Source: an uncultured Gammaproteobacteria bacterium
GTDB taxonomy: Bacteria > Patescibacteriota > Patescibacteriia > UBA10025 > JAHIVO01
Assembly: GCA_964415025.1 (NCBI GenBank)
Contig: CAYPXF010000005.1
Location: 1,484-65,483 of the forward strand
Reading direction: 5' to 3'
DNA: 64,000 nt
Each line of letters starts with the position of its first letter. Positions within the stretch are counted from its first letter, which is position 1. The notes under the pieces are model-generated. The model was given only the letters and a program-made list of their open reading frames with translations, was not told the origin of the DNA and made no database searches. The translations under genes were made by a program, and so were the position numbers. Below are positions 62,906 to 64,000 of this stretch, piece by piece.

Positions 62906-63604
62906 ATGGCCCTGACAGACCTTAAAAAAGATTTGAAAAAAGCCGGCAATAAAAAGCAAGCCGCGGTTTTGTCGCGTTTTTTTAAGACTGGCAAAGGGGA
63001 GTACGGTGAAGGTGATGTTTTTCTCGGTATTAAGGTCCCAGTACAGAGAAGTATTGCTAAACAGTATCCTGATCTGCCGTTACGAGATATTGCCAAGCTG
63101 CTGAAAAGCAAAGTGCATGAAGAACGCCTGACAGCACTTTTTATTCTGGTACATCAGTTCAAACGGGCAGACGAGAAAAAGCGGAAACAAATATATAATC
63201 TCTATTTACAAAACGCCAAACAGGTCAATAATTGGGATCTGGTCGATTTATCCGCGCCAAATATTGTCGGGGAATATTTATTAGACAAGCCGCGGAAAAT
63301 TTTATATAAACTGGCCCGTTCGAAAAATCTGTGGGAGCGGCGGATCGCCATGCTGGCTACTTTTACGTTTATCCGCAATAATGATTACGCTGACACATTA
63401 AAACTTGCAGAACTGTTGCTGTATGACGAGCATGATTTGATGCATAAGTCGGTCGGCTGGATGCTGCGTGAAGTAGGCAAGCGTAACCAGCGGTTGCTCG
63501 AGGAATTTTTAGGCAGACACTATCAAATTATGCCGCGGACTATGCTGCGGTACGCCATCGAAAAATTTCCGGAGCATAAGCGTCAGCAGTATTTAAAAAA
63601 ATAA
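62906..63604 (+). CDS. DNA alkylation repair enzyme (AlkD/AlkC-like HEAT-repeat glycosylase family)
   Basis: 232 aa; resembles the DNA_alkylation family. Confidence 0.7.
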   Translation: MALTDLKKDLKKAGNKKQAAVLSRFFKTGKGEYGEGDVFLGIKVPVQRSIAKQYPDLPLRDIAKLLKSKVHEERLTALFILVHQFKRADEKKRKQIYNLYLQNAKQVNNWDLVDLSAPNIVGEYLLDKPRKILYKLARSKNLWERRIAMLATFTFIRNNDYADTLKLAELLLYDEHDLMHKSVGWMLREVGKRNQRLLEEFLGRHYQIMPRTMLRYAIEKFPEHKRQQYLKK

Positions 63605-63630
63605 ACCGCACAGTGTCTGTGCGGTTTTTT
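63603..63630. terminator. bidirectional rho-independent terminator
   Basis: ACCGCACAG-tgt-CTGTGCGGT flanked by A-run and T-run. Confidence 0.7.
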
Positions 63631-63633
63631 ACT

Positions 63634-63969
63634 TCAGGAAAGAGTATATTTCCCAAATTCAGTGGTGGGCATTGTTTTGATGAATTTTGCCAAATTTTCC
63701 TGACTGATAGCCGTCTGGCATTTATTTTTTATCATGGTCAGTTCGTAACTAGTGCTGACAACGGCTGTCAGTAGCCGGGATAACAACGTCGGCTCGGCGC
63801 GTTTTCTGGTACTGCGTACGAGGTAACACCGGATGCGTTGTTGCAGATCCGCGCATAATTGCTCAAGGCTAGCATTCTGCACGTCAGGAACGCTGATTGT
63901 TTTGCCCTGGCGGTTTGCCTCGGTATGGCACACGACCGCCAGCCACAGCACGTCTTTTTCCATTTTCAA
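63634..63969 (-). CDS. hypothetical protein (111 aa)
   Basis: ORF only. Confidence 0.4.
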   Translation of the reverse strand: MKMEKDVLWLAVVCHTEANRQGKTISVPDVQNASLEQLCADLQQRIRCYLVRSTRKRAEPTLLSRLLTAVVSTSYELTMIKNKCQTAISQENLAKFIKTMPTTEFGKYTLS

Positions 63970-64000
63970 GTGCTTTATCTTTTCACACGCGTCGTCGATA

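Overview
The window looks like part of a small, streamlined bacterial genome of about 45-50% GC. From the gene content I infer a monoderm-like, CPR/Patescibacteria-style organism. The evidence is a complete type IV pilus (T4P) locus with no secretin, a run of giant surface proteins, only REC-only response regulators, several apparently leaderless transcription units and few strong Shine-Dalgarno sites. Layout by region: (i) 0-2.4 kb has minus-strand membrane housekeeping genes (htpX, lemA, one hypothetical). (ii) 2.6-21.5 kb is a tightly packed plus-strand operon of four giant secreted or surface proteins (944, 1290, 827 and about 3229 aa). The first three are paralogs that share a conserved N-terminal Gly-rich module and a C-terminal two-Cys module ending ...C(R)(P/E)L. 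Their centres vary and contain beta-propellers and Ca-binding Cys/Asp repeats. (iii) 21.6-39.5 kb is the T4P locus: pilM, then a terminator and promoter, then pilN (with a roughly 430-aa disordered insertion), pilO, an FN3 membrane protein, pilB, a stand-alone REC, pilC, major pilin pilA, a structured-RNA candidate, a GT2 glycosyltransferase, a Wzy_C/TPR O-oligosaccharyltransferase-like protein, two more pilins, pilD and four minor pilins including a PilX-like one. (iv) 39.7-45.6 kb is housekeeping: ligA, gatC, gatA, a REC, ndk, small peptides and tRNA-Pro(GGG). (v) 46.5-57.9 kb is an AT-rich accessory island bounded by a duplicated 5' segment of idi. It holds four arrays of degenerate TTAGGnn heptamer/octamer repeats at gene boundaries, a repeated promoter module, an alpha-oxoamine synthase + GNAT-like + SAM-MTase trio, a histidine kinase whose GAF core is duplicated with 100% identity over about 720 bp, an AbiEi/AbiEii pair, three REC proteins and an XRE regulator. 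(vi) 58-64 kb has intact idi, a copper-homeostasis cluster (DUF411/CopG-like, a His/Met/Cys-rich secreted protein, a DsbA-like protein, a CPH-type P1B ATPase) and an AlkD-like DNA repair gene. The best candidates for a previously undescribed system are the giant-protein paralog operon fused to the pilus locus and the TTAGG-repeat/HK-cassette island.
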